A stretch of 64,000 nucleotides of DNA. Origin: Candidatus Thermosaccharophagus tengchongensis (lineage in GTDB: Bacteria; Armatimonadota; Fervidibacteria; Fervidibacterales; Thermosaccharophagaceae). Each line of letters starts with the position of its first letter. Within the stretch, counting starts at the first letter, position 1. This document shows positions 19,553 through 28,925 of this stretch, one piece after another. The position numbers and the translations under genes were made by a program. The notes under the pieces were generated by a model that saw nothing but the letters and a program-made list of their open reading frames with translations, did no database searches and was not told the DNA's origin. The stretch lies in assembly GCA_032161105.1 (NCBI GenBank), contig JAVHTD010000013.1; one strand, given 5' to 3'.

Positions 19553-20638
19553 ATGCGCGAGGAACGGCTTAAGGAGCGCATACTGTCGTTCATCTTGAAT
19601 GGCGATGGCTCATTTGACGAACTCGCAATTGAGCTGTTTGCCCATCAGTTTGAGCGCAATGCGCCATACAAACGCTATTGCGAGCAACTCGGCATCACAC
19701 CGAGGAACATCACCAATTGGCGTCAAATACCATCAGTGCCAACACTCGCTTTCAAGTTCTTTGACTTGGCTTGCCAACCGATTGGGATGGCAAAGTTCAT
19801 CTTCACATCAAGCGGCACAACACATGGGCAATGGATGAGGAGCAAGCATTACATATTTGACGAGAGGTTCTACGAAGCCGCCGCATCTGTTTGGTTCAAA
19901 CGCCATCTCATGCCCGACAACTCACGCATGACATTCCTCATCCTTTTCCCATCGCACGGCGAGCTCAAAAGCTCGTCGCTTGCATTCATGCTTGACCTGC
20001 TAATGCGCCGCTTTGGCTCTGAGGGGAGCGCTCACTTCGTCGTCAACGGCAAGCTGCTCACTGATGAACTGATTGACAGGTTGGCAAAAGCCTCCGATGA
20101 TAATGAGCCAGTCTGCATCCTCGGCACTTCGCTTGCATTGTGCGAATTCGTTGATGAGTGTGAGAGGCGCAAGTTGAGCTTCAATTTGCCGGGCGGCAGC
20201 AGGCTGATGGACACCGGCGGGTTCAAGGGGAGGCGCAAAGAAGTCCCTAAGGACGAGTTGTATGAGCGCTACGAGAGCCTCTTTCGGATACCCAAATGCA
20301 ACATCATCAACGAATATGGCATGGCTGAGCTGTCGTCACAGTTTTATGATGGCGTCGTGGGCGCTGCAAGCGAACGCGCATTTAAGCCACCGCCATGGGT
20401 GAGGAGCGTCGTTGTTGACCCTGTAACGCTCAACGAAGTGGATGATGGTGCAGTGGGCATACTGCGCCATTACGACTTAGCCAATGTTGATTCCGTGATG
20501 GCGATACAAACCGATGACATCGCCCGAAGGCATGGCGATGGCTTCATACTGCTCGGGAGGGCGAGCGGCTCCGAAGCGAGAGGTTGTTCGCTGCTCGCTG
20601 AAGAGTGGGACATAGCAGTTGGCAATAGGGGCAGCTAA
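19553..20638 (+). CDS. LuxE-like acyl-protein synthetase / long-chain fatty acid ligase-like protein
   Basis: FTSSGTT, MDTGGFKGR, EYGMAELSSQFY, DLAN...IQTDD, LLGRASGSEARGCS. Confidence 0.82.
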   Translation: MREERLKERILSFILNGDGSFDELAIELFAHQFERNAPYKRYCEQLGITPRNITNWRQIPSVPTLAFKFFDLACQPIGMAKFIFTSSGTTHGQWMRSKHYIFDERFYEAAASVWFKRHLMPDNSRMTFLILFPSHGELKSSSLAFMLDLLMRRFGSEGSAHFVVNGKLLTDELIDRLAKASDDNEPVCILGTSLALCEFVDECERRKLSFNLPGGSRLMDTGGFKGRRKEVPKDELYERYESLFRIPKCNIINEYGMAELSSQFYDGVVGAASERAFKPPPWVRSVVVDPVTLNEVDDGAVGILRHYDLANVDSVMAIQTDDIARRHGDGFILLGRASGSEARGCSLLAEEWDIAVGNRGS

Positions 20639-20738
20639 GCTGCTCGCAGTTGCTTGCAGCTTTGTTGGCAGAGAAAACCCAATCAATCGCGCACGGGAGC
20701 ATTTGAAGATGGCAATCAAATGGGTGCTTAAGGGATGA

Positions 20739-21500
20739 ATGACCATGAGGACGGCTCACCAAAAATCTGCGAAAGCCAGAAGGGCGGAGAGGTGGCGTTG
20801 CCCAAAGTGCAATAGGGTGGTGAGCCCTCGCCCGATTGAATCGCCGCGCTGCCCGCACTGCGGCGAGAACTTGCGCAAGTGCCGATATTGCAGGTGGGCA
20901 GACACGAGGATGTGGGAATGCACCAATTTCACGATGGTCTCAATGCACGGTGACGAGACCGGCAGACTGCGCATACCTGAGCCGGAGTTCTCGCGGCAGT
21001 GTCCGTTCTACGATTCAAGATTGAAGGTCGGCTTCCCATTGAAGCCAATGCACATAGTGAGCATAGGAATTGCGCTCGTCCTTCTCCTCGCCATCGTCTA
21101 TGGAGCATACTTTCGCCCTCGGCTTGAAGAGGTGCGCGTTGGTGACATCTGGGCAAACTTACAAGCACCACCGGTTGCCCGTTTCCTAACGCCATTTTAC
21201 ATAAGGGTGGATCTGCGAAATTTGCATCACTCACTTGACTCAGGTGATATCGTGTTCCGAGTGGAAGGAGAGCTCGTGCAAAATTGCGACCTCATATCCG
21301 CATACCCGCCGCCGCTGCGCATGACAAAATCAAGGGCTGCAGCACATTGCTTTTATCCCCCGATCAAACCCGGCTCTTGGCTCATTGCTGAGCTCGGATT
21401 TAAGCCGCTCCATACGGGTGAATTCACTGGCAAGCTCGTCATCTTCCAAGGCGGAAGGAGAACATATAACCTGAGCCTCAAAGTGGCGGTGATACCGTAG
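20739..21500 (+). CDS. Hypothetical membrane protein: Cys-rich N-terminus, one TM helix, beta-rich C-terminal domain
   Basis: CPKC, CPHC, CRYC plus extra Cys; hydrophobic IVSIGIALVLLLAIVYGAYF. Confidence 0.65.
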   Translation: MTMRTAHQKSAKARRAERWRCPKCNRVVSPRPIESPRCPHCGENLRKCRYCRWADTRMWECTNFTMVSMHGDETGRLRIPEPEFSRQCPFYDSRLKVGFPLKPMHIVSIGIALVLLLAIVYGAYFRPRLEEVRVGDIWANLQAPPVARFLTPFYIRVDLRNLHHSLDSGDIVFRVEGELVQNCDLISAYPPPLRMTKSRAAAHCFYPPIKPGSWLIAELGFKPLHTGEFTGKLVIFQGGRRTYNLSLKVAVIP

Positions 21501-21611
21501 GAAGCAAAGCGGGCGTGATTAAATTGGGTGTGTTGTGGGAAACGAAGACAAGCCCTCATTCTCAATGCGGGTAAGCTTTGAAAGCGCCTTTGGAAGAAGG
21601 GGGTGGTCGCA

Positions 21612-22499
21612 ATGAAGCTGCGCGGGATAATACCTCCCGTAGTCACTCTGATTGATGAGGGTGAGCGAGTTGACGAGAGCGCTTTCGCAGCACACCTTTG
21701 CGCATTGATTGAGAGTGGTGTTCACGGATTGTTCGTCCTCGGTAGCGCAGGCGAGTGCGTCTCCCTCAGAGATAGCGAGAAGAGGCGCGCCATAAAGGTA
21801 ACAGTTGAACTCGCCAAGGGGAAGCTTCCCATACTCGTCGGGACGATGGACACGAGCACCATGCGCACGATTGATAATGCAAGGGTTGCCGAGGACATGG
21901 GAGCAGATGCAGTCGTTGTCACACCGCCATTTTACTACAACCACACGAGGGATGAGGTAATTCGCCATTACGAGATGGTGGCAAAAAGCACCGGTTTGCC
22001 ATTGGTCATCTACAACATCCCGCAGCTAACCAAGTTTCACCTGAGCGCCAGAGATGTCTCGGTGTTGATCGGCACGGGCAACATCATCGGGATAAAGGAC
22101 AGCAGTGGCAGCTGGAGCAACTTGCTTGAGCTGTTGGAAACATTCGGCGGGAGGGACGACTTCAGCATACTCATCGGTGACGAAGACTTAACATGCGCCG
22201 GACTCCTCATGGGCGCTGATGGCGCGATAATGGCGATCGCAAATTTAGCACCGAGGCTTGCGGTGCGCATATACGAAGCTGCCTCAAACGGTCATTTGGA
22301 TGAGCTGAGGGCACTGCAGCGTGAACTCCTCAAGCTGCTTCGCATTTACAAATACGGCTCACCGCTGGCATGCCTTAAAGCGGCATTGTCAATTGCGGGT
22401 GTGGGCAACGGAAAGGCATGCGAACCAATTGGTGGAGTCTCGGAGGATGCCCGTGAGCGCATCAAGCAAATCCTCATTGAGTGCGGTTTGCTCACATGA
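21612..22499 (+). CDS. DHDPS/NAL family class I aldolase
   Basis: GIIPPVVT, GSAGE, PPFY, YNIP, GIKDSSG Schiff-base Lys; lacks the GTTGE of true DapA. Confidence 0.88.
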   Translation: MKLRGIIPPVVTLIDEGERVDESAFAAHLCALIESGVHGLFVLGSAGECVSLRDSEKRRAIKVTVELAKGKLPILVGTMDTSTMRTIDNARVAEDMGADAVVVTPPFYYNHTRDEVIRHYEMVAKSTGLPLVIYNIPQLTKFHLSARDVSVLIGTGNIIGIKDSSGSWSNLLELLETFGGRDDFSILIGDEDLTCAGLLMGADGAIMAIANLAPRLAVRIYEAASNGHLDELRALQRELLKLLRIYKYGSPLACLKAALSIAGVGNGKACEPIGGVSEDARERIKQILIECGLLT

Positions 22500-22534
22500 G
22501 CGCATTGCATGCGATTAACCGATGCGGTAGCGTT

Positions 22535-23698
22535 TTACCTTTGCACCGATTGACCGGCTGGGCGCACGGTCAAATCGGCTGGGAAAAATTTGAAAGCCAC
22601 AAGTGGCTCATTGCCATCGTTCTCAAAGATGTGCGGCTTTGTCGCTGCCATGTGTGAGACGAAAAACTCGTTTCCGGGGCGCACGGCTTTACCGTTCAAC
22701 CTGCCCCTCCCACGCCACACAAACAGGGCATATGGCGATGATTCAACGCTCTCAAAATTCGTGTGGACAATGAGCCGCTTGGCTCCAAACTTCCTTGTAA
22801 GAGTTGGCGGAACTATCCAAGCCTCTTCGCCGCCCCTCCTTTCACCCTCAACCGGTGTGGGCACAAGGCGATACCTTTCAATGATGTCGTCCTGCTGTGA
22901 TGTCTCCATGTCAATGAATTGCAAAGCCATCTCAATGTCCGTGAACCCGGGGTGGACTTGCCTTGGGCTCATCCTCCTCCCGTTGATTTTCGTTTCAAGC
23001 AGCGTATACACATCCGATGGCTGTTGGACTTCAAGTGTGAGTGCCGTCCCGGGACGATGCGGCACGCCAGCCGGAACAAAGAAGCCCTCACCGTAGCGCT
23101 GATAAAAGTGCGGCGAGAGCTCAAGAAGGTAATCACGACCTTTTTCAATTGCCCTCTTCAGCTCGTCAAGGCTTACACCCTTGTGCAGCCCGACATGCGT
23201 ATATGGCACATTACCTTTCGGTGCCTCAAGGAAGTAATAAGCCTCGTCCTTGCCGAAGCGATGCCCGAGAAAGTGCTGTGGGAAATTTGAGACGGCTTTA
23301 TCGTCTGCGTGGAAGTGAAAGACGATTGGCTCATAAGGGTCAAGTATCTTCACGAGGACAAGGAAGTCACCGCCATGCGCCTTGTTGCGCTCCTCACCAA
23401 GGAGCAAGTCACCGCGCATCCTCAATGCATCGCGCAATGTCAATTTGGCTTTGCGTGTGGCGATGCGGCTCAATCCCTCACCGCTTATTGGGTGTGGATT
23501 GACCGCTTCAACAGTTGAGGCTATCCAGCGCTCCGGTATCCACAGCTTTGAATCCGATTGGAATGTGTCGCCGGGCTTCTTGCCCAAGCCGAGCCTGCCA
23601 CCATCCATGTAGAAGCGCCGCACAAAAGTTGGCTGCAACGGCAATATCCCACCTGTGCGCTCAATGAGCTCATCTAACACTTGCTCAACATCCACCAT
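22535..23698 (-). CDS. Cupin-fold protein, mannose-6-phosphate isomerase class I-like
   Basis: ERWIAS, LVKILD...FHFH, GKDEAYYF, PAGVPH, LEVQQPSD. Confidence 0.7.
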   Translation of the reverse strand: MVDVEQVLDELIERTGGILPLQPTFVRRFYMDGGRLGLGKKPGDTFQSDSKLWIPERWIASTVEAVNPHPISGEGLSRIATRKAKLTLRDALRMRGDLLLGEERNKAHGGDFLVLVKILDPYEPIVFHFHADDKAVSNFPQHFLGHRFGKDEAYYFLEAPKGNVPYTHVGLHKGVSLDELKRAIEKGRDYLLELSPHFYQRYGEGFFVPAGVPHRPGTALTLEVQQPSDVYTLLETKINGRRMSPRQVHPGFTDIEMALQFIDMETSQQDDIIERYRLVPTPVEGERRGGEEAWIVPPTLTRKFGAKRLIVHTNFESVESSPYALFVWRGRGRLNGKAVRPGNEFFVSHMAATKPHIFENDGNEPLVAFKFFPADLTVRPAGQSVQR

Positions 23699-23806
23699 GC
23701 AAACCGCACCACCTTACCCCTTTGGTTGATGAACTGATGCACCACTTGGCGGACCGCTCTTGCAGCACAGCGGTGATATGCCATTTAACTTGGGCTTCTT
23801 AACTCG

Positions 23807-24511
23807 TTAACTTTGCGCCTCAGGCTCATCGCGTTCTAAAGCGACATCGGCGGGCAATTTCCCCTCGCCACCAATTGCGAGCGCCTCAGTTAGCTCGCCC
23901 ATGCCCGGTTTGAATGCCCCACCTGAGACAATCAACTTGATGGCGTCCTCAAATGAGATGTCAATGTATATGACGCTCTCCTCCGGAACGACAAGCGTAA
24001 ACCCAGTTAATGGCGTAGGCGTGCTCGGAATAAAGACCGTCACCATGCGCTTCCCAACGGCATTTTCAATGGCGCCACCAGCATAACCTGTCAGGAAGCC
24101 AACGAGATGACACCCAGCCCTCGGCAGTGAAATAAGCACTGGCTTCCCAAGGAACCTCACCGTTGGCTGCGTGAAGAATTGAACAATTTGGCGAGCCGGC
24201 GGGTAGATGATGCGAATTATGGGCAATTGCGCCAGAAGCGAGTCCCACCACTTTATAATCCTTCGCCCAACCACAGTTGAACCGATGAACCCGATGAGCA
24301 CGATTATTCCGATGACCAAGATGAGCGAGAGGAACAATCCGATCCCCGGTATTGTGATGTGCAATGTCCTGCTAACCCACTTATCAGCAACTGGCGCAAG
24401 CGGCTTGTAGATGAGTTGCGTGATGTATGCCAATACGCCCACCGTCACGGCAATGGGCAAGGTGACTGCAACACCGGTCAAGAAGTAACGCCTCAAAAGT
24501 CTCAGGCTCAT
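23807..24511 (-). CDS. DUF502 family membrane protein
   Basis: RYFLTG...LPIAVT, PIIRIIY, VFIPSTPTPLTGF, AIKLIVSGG. Confidence 0.9.
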   Translation of the reverse strand: MSLRLLRRYFLTGVAVTLPIAVTVGVLAYITQLIYKPLAPVADKWVSRTLHITIPGIGLFLSLILVIGIIVLIGFIGSTVVGRRIIKWWDSLLAQLPIIRIIYPPARQIVQFFTQPTVRFLGKPVLISLPRAGCHLVGFLTGYAGGAIENAVGKRMVTVFIPSTPTPLTGFTLVVPEESVIYIDISFEDAIKLIVSGGAFKPGMGELTEALAIGGEGKLPADVALERDEPEAQS

Positions 24512-25803
24512 TCATCTCCCTCCTTGGGCGTCACCACATCGGTATTGTGCTCCATCACGATGCGCACCTTTGTCACGCGGCGCCTCCTCACCTCCTCAAC
24601 GAACATGGTTGCGCCATCAATTTGGATGCCTTCACCAACCTGAGGTATGTGTCCGAGGGCATACAGCACGAATCCACCGAGTGTATCATAGTCGCCATCC
24701 GGTAACGATATCCCGAGTTTGCTATGCACCTCGCTTTTGCTCAAGCCGGCATCCACGATATAGCTGCCATCCGGCAAACGCTGTATTTGCGGCGCTTCAA
24801 TATCATGCTCATCAACCAGCTCACCAACGACTTGCTCCACAATGTCCTCAAGGGTGATTAAGCCAGCCGTGCTTCCATACTCGTCAATGACGATGGCAAT
24901 GTGAACCCTTGAGGTGCGCATCTCATTCAGCAACTCCCTGAGGTTTTTCGCCTCAGGCACATAGAGCGGTGTGCGCATTATCAATCTCGGCTCAATTTCA
25001 AACTCGCCTCTGCTCCAGCGGCTGAGGATGTCATAGGCATACACGACACCGATTATGTTATCAATGTCGCCCTCATACAGCGGTATGCGTGAGTGCCCCG
25101 TCTCCACAATGACTTTCACGACATCGCTGATCCTGCAATTTGATGGCAGGCAGACTATGTCTGGACGGGGCACCATGACTTCCCTTACAAGCATCCTATC
25201 AAGGCGCACTATGCCAGAGGCGATGTCAAACTCGCGCTTCTGTATGACATCCTCATCAATGCCTATCTCAAGCAACGCCATTATCTCTTCATCTGTGAGC
25301 TTGAGCTGTTCACGCGCCTCTTTGTATCCTATGAGGCGAAGGAAAGCCCGTGCAGCTGTTAAGAATAAATCCGCAATTGGCGTCACCAACTCACCGAAGA
25401 GTTTGAGCAGCTTATTCCACCTTGCAAGAACCCTCTCAGGATACTGCATGCTGTATGCCTTCGGGGTTATCTCGCAAACGCTCAATATGAAGGTGAGCAT
25501 GAGCAATGTCCCGATGACATGGATATGCGTTTCCTTTGGGGCGATGGTGACAAGCATGTGCGTTGTCAATGCCGATGTGAACAGTATCGCCATGTTACAC
25601 CCGACCACAAATGACGGGATGTAACGCCTTAACCTCTCCCAATCAAGCAACCATTGTGCTTCATCGGCGCTGCGGCTGAACATTGCCTGAAGCCTTGCCC
25701 TGCTTGAGGCAACTAAAGCAGCCTCAAATAGCGAGAGCAAAAATATGGTAATCAACCCGCCACCTATTAGGCAAGCCTCAATCCACAGCAGCGCTCCTTT
25801 CAT
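24508..25803 (-). CDS. HlyC/CorC (CNNM-CBS-CorC) family transporter
   Basis: CEITPK, EVMVPR, GHSRIPLY, VIDEYG...TLEDIVE, DYDTLGGF. Confidence 0.9.
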   Translation of the reverse strand: MKGALLWIEACLIGGGLITIFLLSLFEAALVASSRARLQAMFSRSADEAQWLLDWERLRRYIPSFVVGCNMAILFTSALTTHMLVTIAPKETHIHVIGTLLMLTFILSVCEITPKAYSMQYPERVLARWNKLLKLFGELVTPIADLFLTAARAFLRLIGYKEAREQLKLTDEEIMALLEIGIDEDVIQKREFDIASGIVRLDRMLVREVMVPRPDIVCLPSNCRISDVVKVIVETGHSRIPLYEGDIDNIIGVVYAYDILSRWSRGEFEIEPRLIMRTPLYVPEAKNLRELLNEMRTSRVHIAIVIDEYGSTAGLITLEDIVEQVVGELVDEHDIEAPQIQRLPDGSYIVDAGLSKSEVHSKLGISLPDGDYDTLGGFVLYALGHIPQVGEGIQIDGATMFVEEVRRRRVTKVRIVMEHNTDVVTPKEGDE

Positions 25804-25851
25804 CGTTACCGCTCCATAGCCAAAACGGAATCAACGCCGTTTAGCCGTGGC

Positions 25852-27177
25852 TTAAAGCGAGTGCTCAGGCTTCGGCATTGTGCTCCCGTTGCCGCTGCGC
25901 ACTCCCTTTAACTTCAACCGCTTGATTCGCCTCCCATCCATTTCGGCGACCTCAATCTGGACATCGCCGACTGTTAATCTATCTCCAACCTGAGGTAGAC
26001 GCTCAAGCACCTCATAAACAAGCTCAGCAAGCGTGTCGTATTCCTCCTCGGGCAGCTCAATGTCAATCAACCTCTCAACCTGTCTCAAGCTCAAGCGAGC
26101 ATCAACTATGTAGCTACCATCTGGCAAACTCTTGATCAGGCTTTGTGCGGCATCCCACTCATCATGTATCTCGCCAAATATCTCTTCAATGAGATCCTCA
26201 ACCGTGACCAATCCAGCAACGCTTCCCTCTTCGTCAAGGACAATAGCCATAGCTCGGTGCATCCTCTGCATCGTTTCAAGCACAGTGTAAGCCCGCTGCG
26301 ATTCCGCAACAAATAGCGGCTCCCTGCATATCTCCCCGACTTTGAGGTTGCTCTTGCCGAAGTGCCAAGCTGCCAATACATCCTTCGCATACAGTATCCC
26401 GACAATGTTATCAAGCTCGCCATGATACACGGGTAGCCTTCCATGACCAGACTCAACCATCTTTTGAACGGCTTCTTCAATGGTCATCTCGTCTGGTATG
26501 CAGACCATGTCTCGTCTCCTGACCATGACTTCGCCAACCGTTATATCGGTGAACTCAATTGCGCTGTGGAGCATCTGGCGCTCATCATAGGTTATCGTCC
26601 CTTGCTCCTCAGCCATTTTGATCAGGGCGAGGAGCTCCGACTCGGTGATAAGCGGGTAACGAATCTCATGCCCAGCCCTGACCATGCGCAGGAGCGCACC
26701 AGAGATTGTGCTCGTCAACCATATGAGTGGGGAGAGGATAAAGCCCACAAGTTTAATCGGCAATGCCGAAATGAGGGCGACTCGCAGCGAGTTTGATATG
26801 CCGTATGTTACTGGGGCGAGTTCGGCAAAGATGAGTGCGAGGAATGCGAATGCCAACGGGATGAGCGGCTTGAGCCACCTGATGGAGTCAGTGTTAAGCA
26901 AATCGGTAGTGGCGTGTGTTGCCAGTGCCTCAGCAATATACAAATGCGCCGTTATCGCAATGAGTATAGTCGCAACAAGCTTTGACGGGTTTGAGAGCAT
27001 GCGCTGAATGATGAGGGCACGCCTATTCCCTTCCTTCGCCAACCTTTGTATTTGTATCCTCCCGACACCAAGGAGCCCAACCTCAGCTGCTGCAAAGAAT
27101 GCACCGATGCCGAGGAAGATCAACCCGATGAGAAGCTTCAAAGCCGCCCATAAAGGCGCGCCTTCATCCAACTGCAA
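25852..27177 (-). CDS. HlyC/CorC (CNNM-CBS-CorC) family transporter, second tandem paralog
   Basis: FFAAAE, FAELAP, EVMV, GHGRLPVY, VLDEEG...TVEDLIEEIFGEI, EYDTLA. Confidence 0.9.
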   Translation of the reverse strand: MQLDEGAPLWAALKLLIGLIFLGIGAFFAAAEVGLLGVGRIQIQRLAKEGNRRALIIQRMLSNPSKLVATILIAITAHLYIAEALATHATTDLLNTDSIRWLKPLIPLAFAFLALIFAELAPVTYGISNSLRVALISALPIKLVGFILSPLIWLTSTISGALLRMVRAGHEIRYPLITESELLALIKMAEEQGTITYDERQMLHSAIEFTDITVGEVMVRRRDMVCIPDEMTIEEAVQKMVESGHGRLPVYHGELDNIVGILYAKDVLAAWHFGKSNLKVGEICREPLFVAESQRAYTVLETMQRMHRAMAIVLDEEGSVAGLVTVEDLIEEIFGEIHDEWDAAQSLIKSLPDGSYIVDARLSLRQVERLIDIELPEEEYDTLAELVYEVLERLPQVGDRLTVGDVQIEVAEMDGRRIKRLKLKGVRSGNGSTMPKPEHSL

Positions 27178-27237
27178 ATTGCCCCCTCACCGAAGGTATG
27201 GTTCAACACGCCATTCGCCAAAGCGTCGGCATTAAGT

Positions 27238-27246
27238 ATTATAGCA
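27238..27246 (-). promoter_or_regulatory. Extended -10 (TGcTATAAT) for the CorC-CorC-DUF502 operon
   Basis: Minus strand TGCTATAAT about 60 nt upstream of the TTG start at 27177. Confidence 0.55.
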
Positions 27247-27440
27247 TCGCCAAACTGGATGTGGGAGCGAACTGGTATGAGCCGCGCTTCATAACGACTT
27301 ATGATGGCATCTCGTGCTCAAAAGCCGCACAACCATAATGGACAGCATCATGTCGGCAAACGCTCGTTATGATTTATTTCGGCATAGGATGGTTTGGGTT
27401 GACGATTTGAATGATGGGCGGTGCAAGGAGGGCGATAGCA

Positions 27441-27803
27441 ATGCCGCTTTACGAATATCGGTGTGAAGGCTGCGGGAAGCGCTTTACCTTCCTTTACGGC
27501 GTTATATCCGATAACATCAATCCGAGATGCCCGAGGTGCGGCAGCAGCCAGCTCAAGAAGCTCATCTCAAGAACGAGGAGATTGAGGGGCGAGGACGAAA
27601 TACTTGAGAGCATGGCTGACTCAATCAGCGATATAGACGAGACGGACACTAAAGCCATACGGAAGTTTATCAGGCGCATGGGTAAAGAACTCGGCTCGGA
27701 GCTCGGTGAGGACATCACTGATGAGCTTGAGGCTGCCCTTGAGGAGGAGGAAAAGAGGGGCGGCGCAAGGGAAGGGGAGGAAATTGATGAGCACATTTAT
27801 TGA
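27441..27803 (+). CDS. FmdB-family zinc-ribbon protein
   Basis: MPLYEYRCEGCG...CPRCGS...KKLIS with acidic helical tail. Confidence 0.88.
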   Translation: MPLYEYRCEGCGKRFTFLYGVISDNINPRCPRCGSSQLKKLISRTRRLRGEDEILESMADSISDIDETDTKAIRKFIRRMGKELGSELGEDITDELEAALEEEEKRGGAREGEEIDEHIY

Positions 27804-27869
27804 TTGCCGTCCGCAGCTTAAGGATGCCATACGCACATGCAAGTTGAGGCGCAATGAGGGTGAGAGCAA

Positions 27870-28250
27870 ATGGATTGCATCACCTTGAAAGGGCTGCAGT
27901 TTTACGGTCATCACGGATGCACAGCGCATGAGAGGAAACTCGGACAGCGTATAGAAGTGGATGTGACATTGAGGCTTGACTTGAGCAAGGCTGGAGAGAG
28001 CGACAATTTGAAGCACACGGTCAATTACATCTCGGTGTATGAGATTGCGCGCGACATCGTTACGAACGAGAGCTGCAGGCTGCTTGAGTCAATTGCAGCA
28101 AGGATAGCAAATAGCATCCTTTCAAGGTTTGGGAGCGTTCATGAAGTTGAAGTTAGCGTCAGGAAGTATAACCCGCCGATTGGTGGTATTTCCGAGTTCG
28201 TTGAAGTGAGCATATCTCGGACGAGGGAGCACGGATGCGGACTCAAATGA
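27870..28250 (+). CDS. folB: Dihydroneopterin aldolase
   Basis: FYGHHG...ERKLGQ, SDNLKHTVNY, LLES, VRK.NPPI. Confidence 0.95.
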   Translation: MDCITLKGLQFYGHHGCTAHERKLGQRIEVDVTLRLDLSKAGESDNLKHTVNYISVYEIARDIVTNESCRLLESIAARIANSILSRFGSVHEVEVSVRKYNPPIGGISEFVEVSISRTREHGCGLK

Positions 28251-28831
28251 ATGAGCCTGTCCAAAATGAGCAGGAGATGCACAGCGGTGAATGGGTGAGC
28301 GCTTTCATCTCCCTTGGAAGCAACATAGAACCGAGGCTGCGTCACTTGCAAGCTGCCGTTCAAATGCTCGTTCAAGTTGACGGTGTGCGCCTCGTCGCGG
28401 TCTCTTCCGTATACGAGACTGAGCCAGTTGAAGTGGCTGCGCCTCAGATGCCATACCTCAACGCGGTCATCAAAGTTGCAACGCGCCTTTCGCCAATGGA
28501 ATTGCTCTCCGCAATGCAATCCATTGAGCTGAAGCTCGGCAGGACGCCGAGCTCAAAGGGAACGAAGCTGCCAAGGACTATAGACTTGGACATGCTCACC
28601 TACGGCGATTTGAAGCTCACAACGATGGAACTCACGCTGCCGCACCCGAGGATGAGCGAAAGGGCGTTTGTGCTCATCCCGCTGTGCGAAATTTCACCGC
28701 TGCTTAAGCTGCCCGATGGGGCCAATGTATGTGAGCGCGCAAAGGAGCTGTCACGCTCTCAAAGGGTCGTCCGATACCTGAAGCCAGAGCAATGGCTCAA
28801 GTTAGATGGGCGAGGTAAACAAGGTAAATGA
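28247..28831 (+). CDS. folK: 2-amino-4-hydroxy-6-hydroxymethyldihydropteridine diphosphokinase
   Basis: ISLGSN, SSVYETEP, YLNAV, PRTIDLD, LPHPRMSERAFVLIPL; ATGA overlap with folB. Confidence 0.95.
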   Translation: MNEPVQNEQEMHSGEWVSAFISLGSNIEPRLRHLQAAVQMLVQVDGVRLVAVSSVYETEPVEVAAPQMPYLNAVIKVATRLSPMELLSAMQSIELKLGRTPSSKGTKLPRTIDLDMLTYGDLKLTTMELTLPHPRMSERAFVLIPLCEISPLLKLPDGANVCERAKELSRSQRVVRYLKPEQWLKLDGRGKQGK

Positions 28832-28925
28832 ACGAGCGCGTCCGCACGAATTGCATCATAGAGGGAAACGAAGATAGTGGCGCACGGGCAAATGAATAAC
28901 TCCTGAATTAGCGGGTGAGGCTTAA

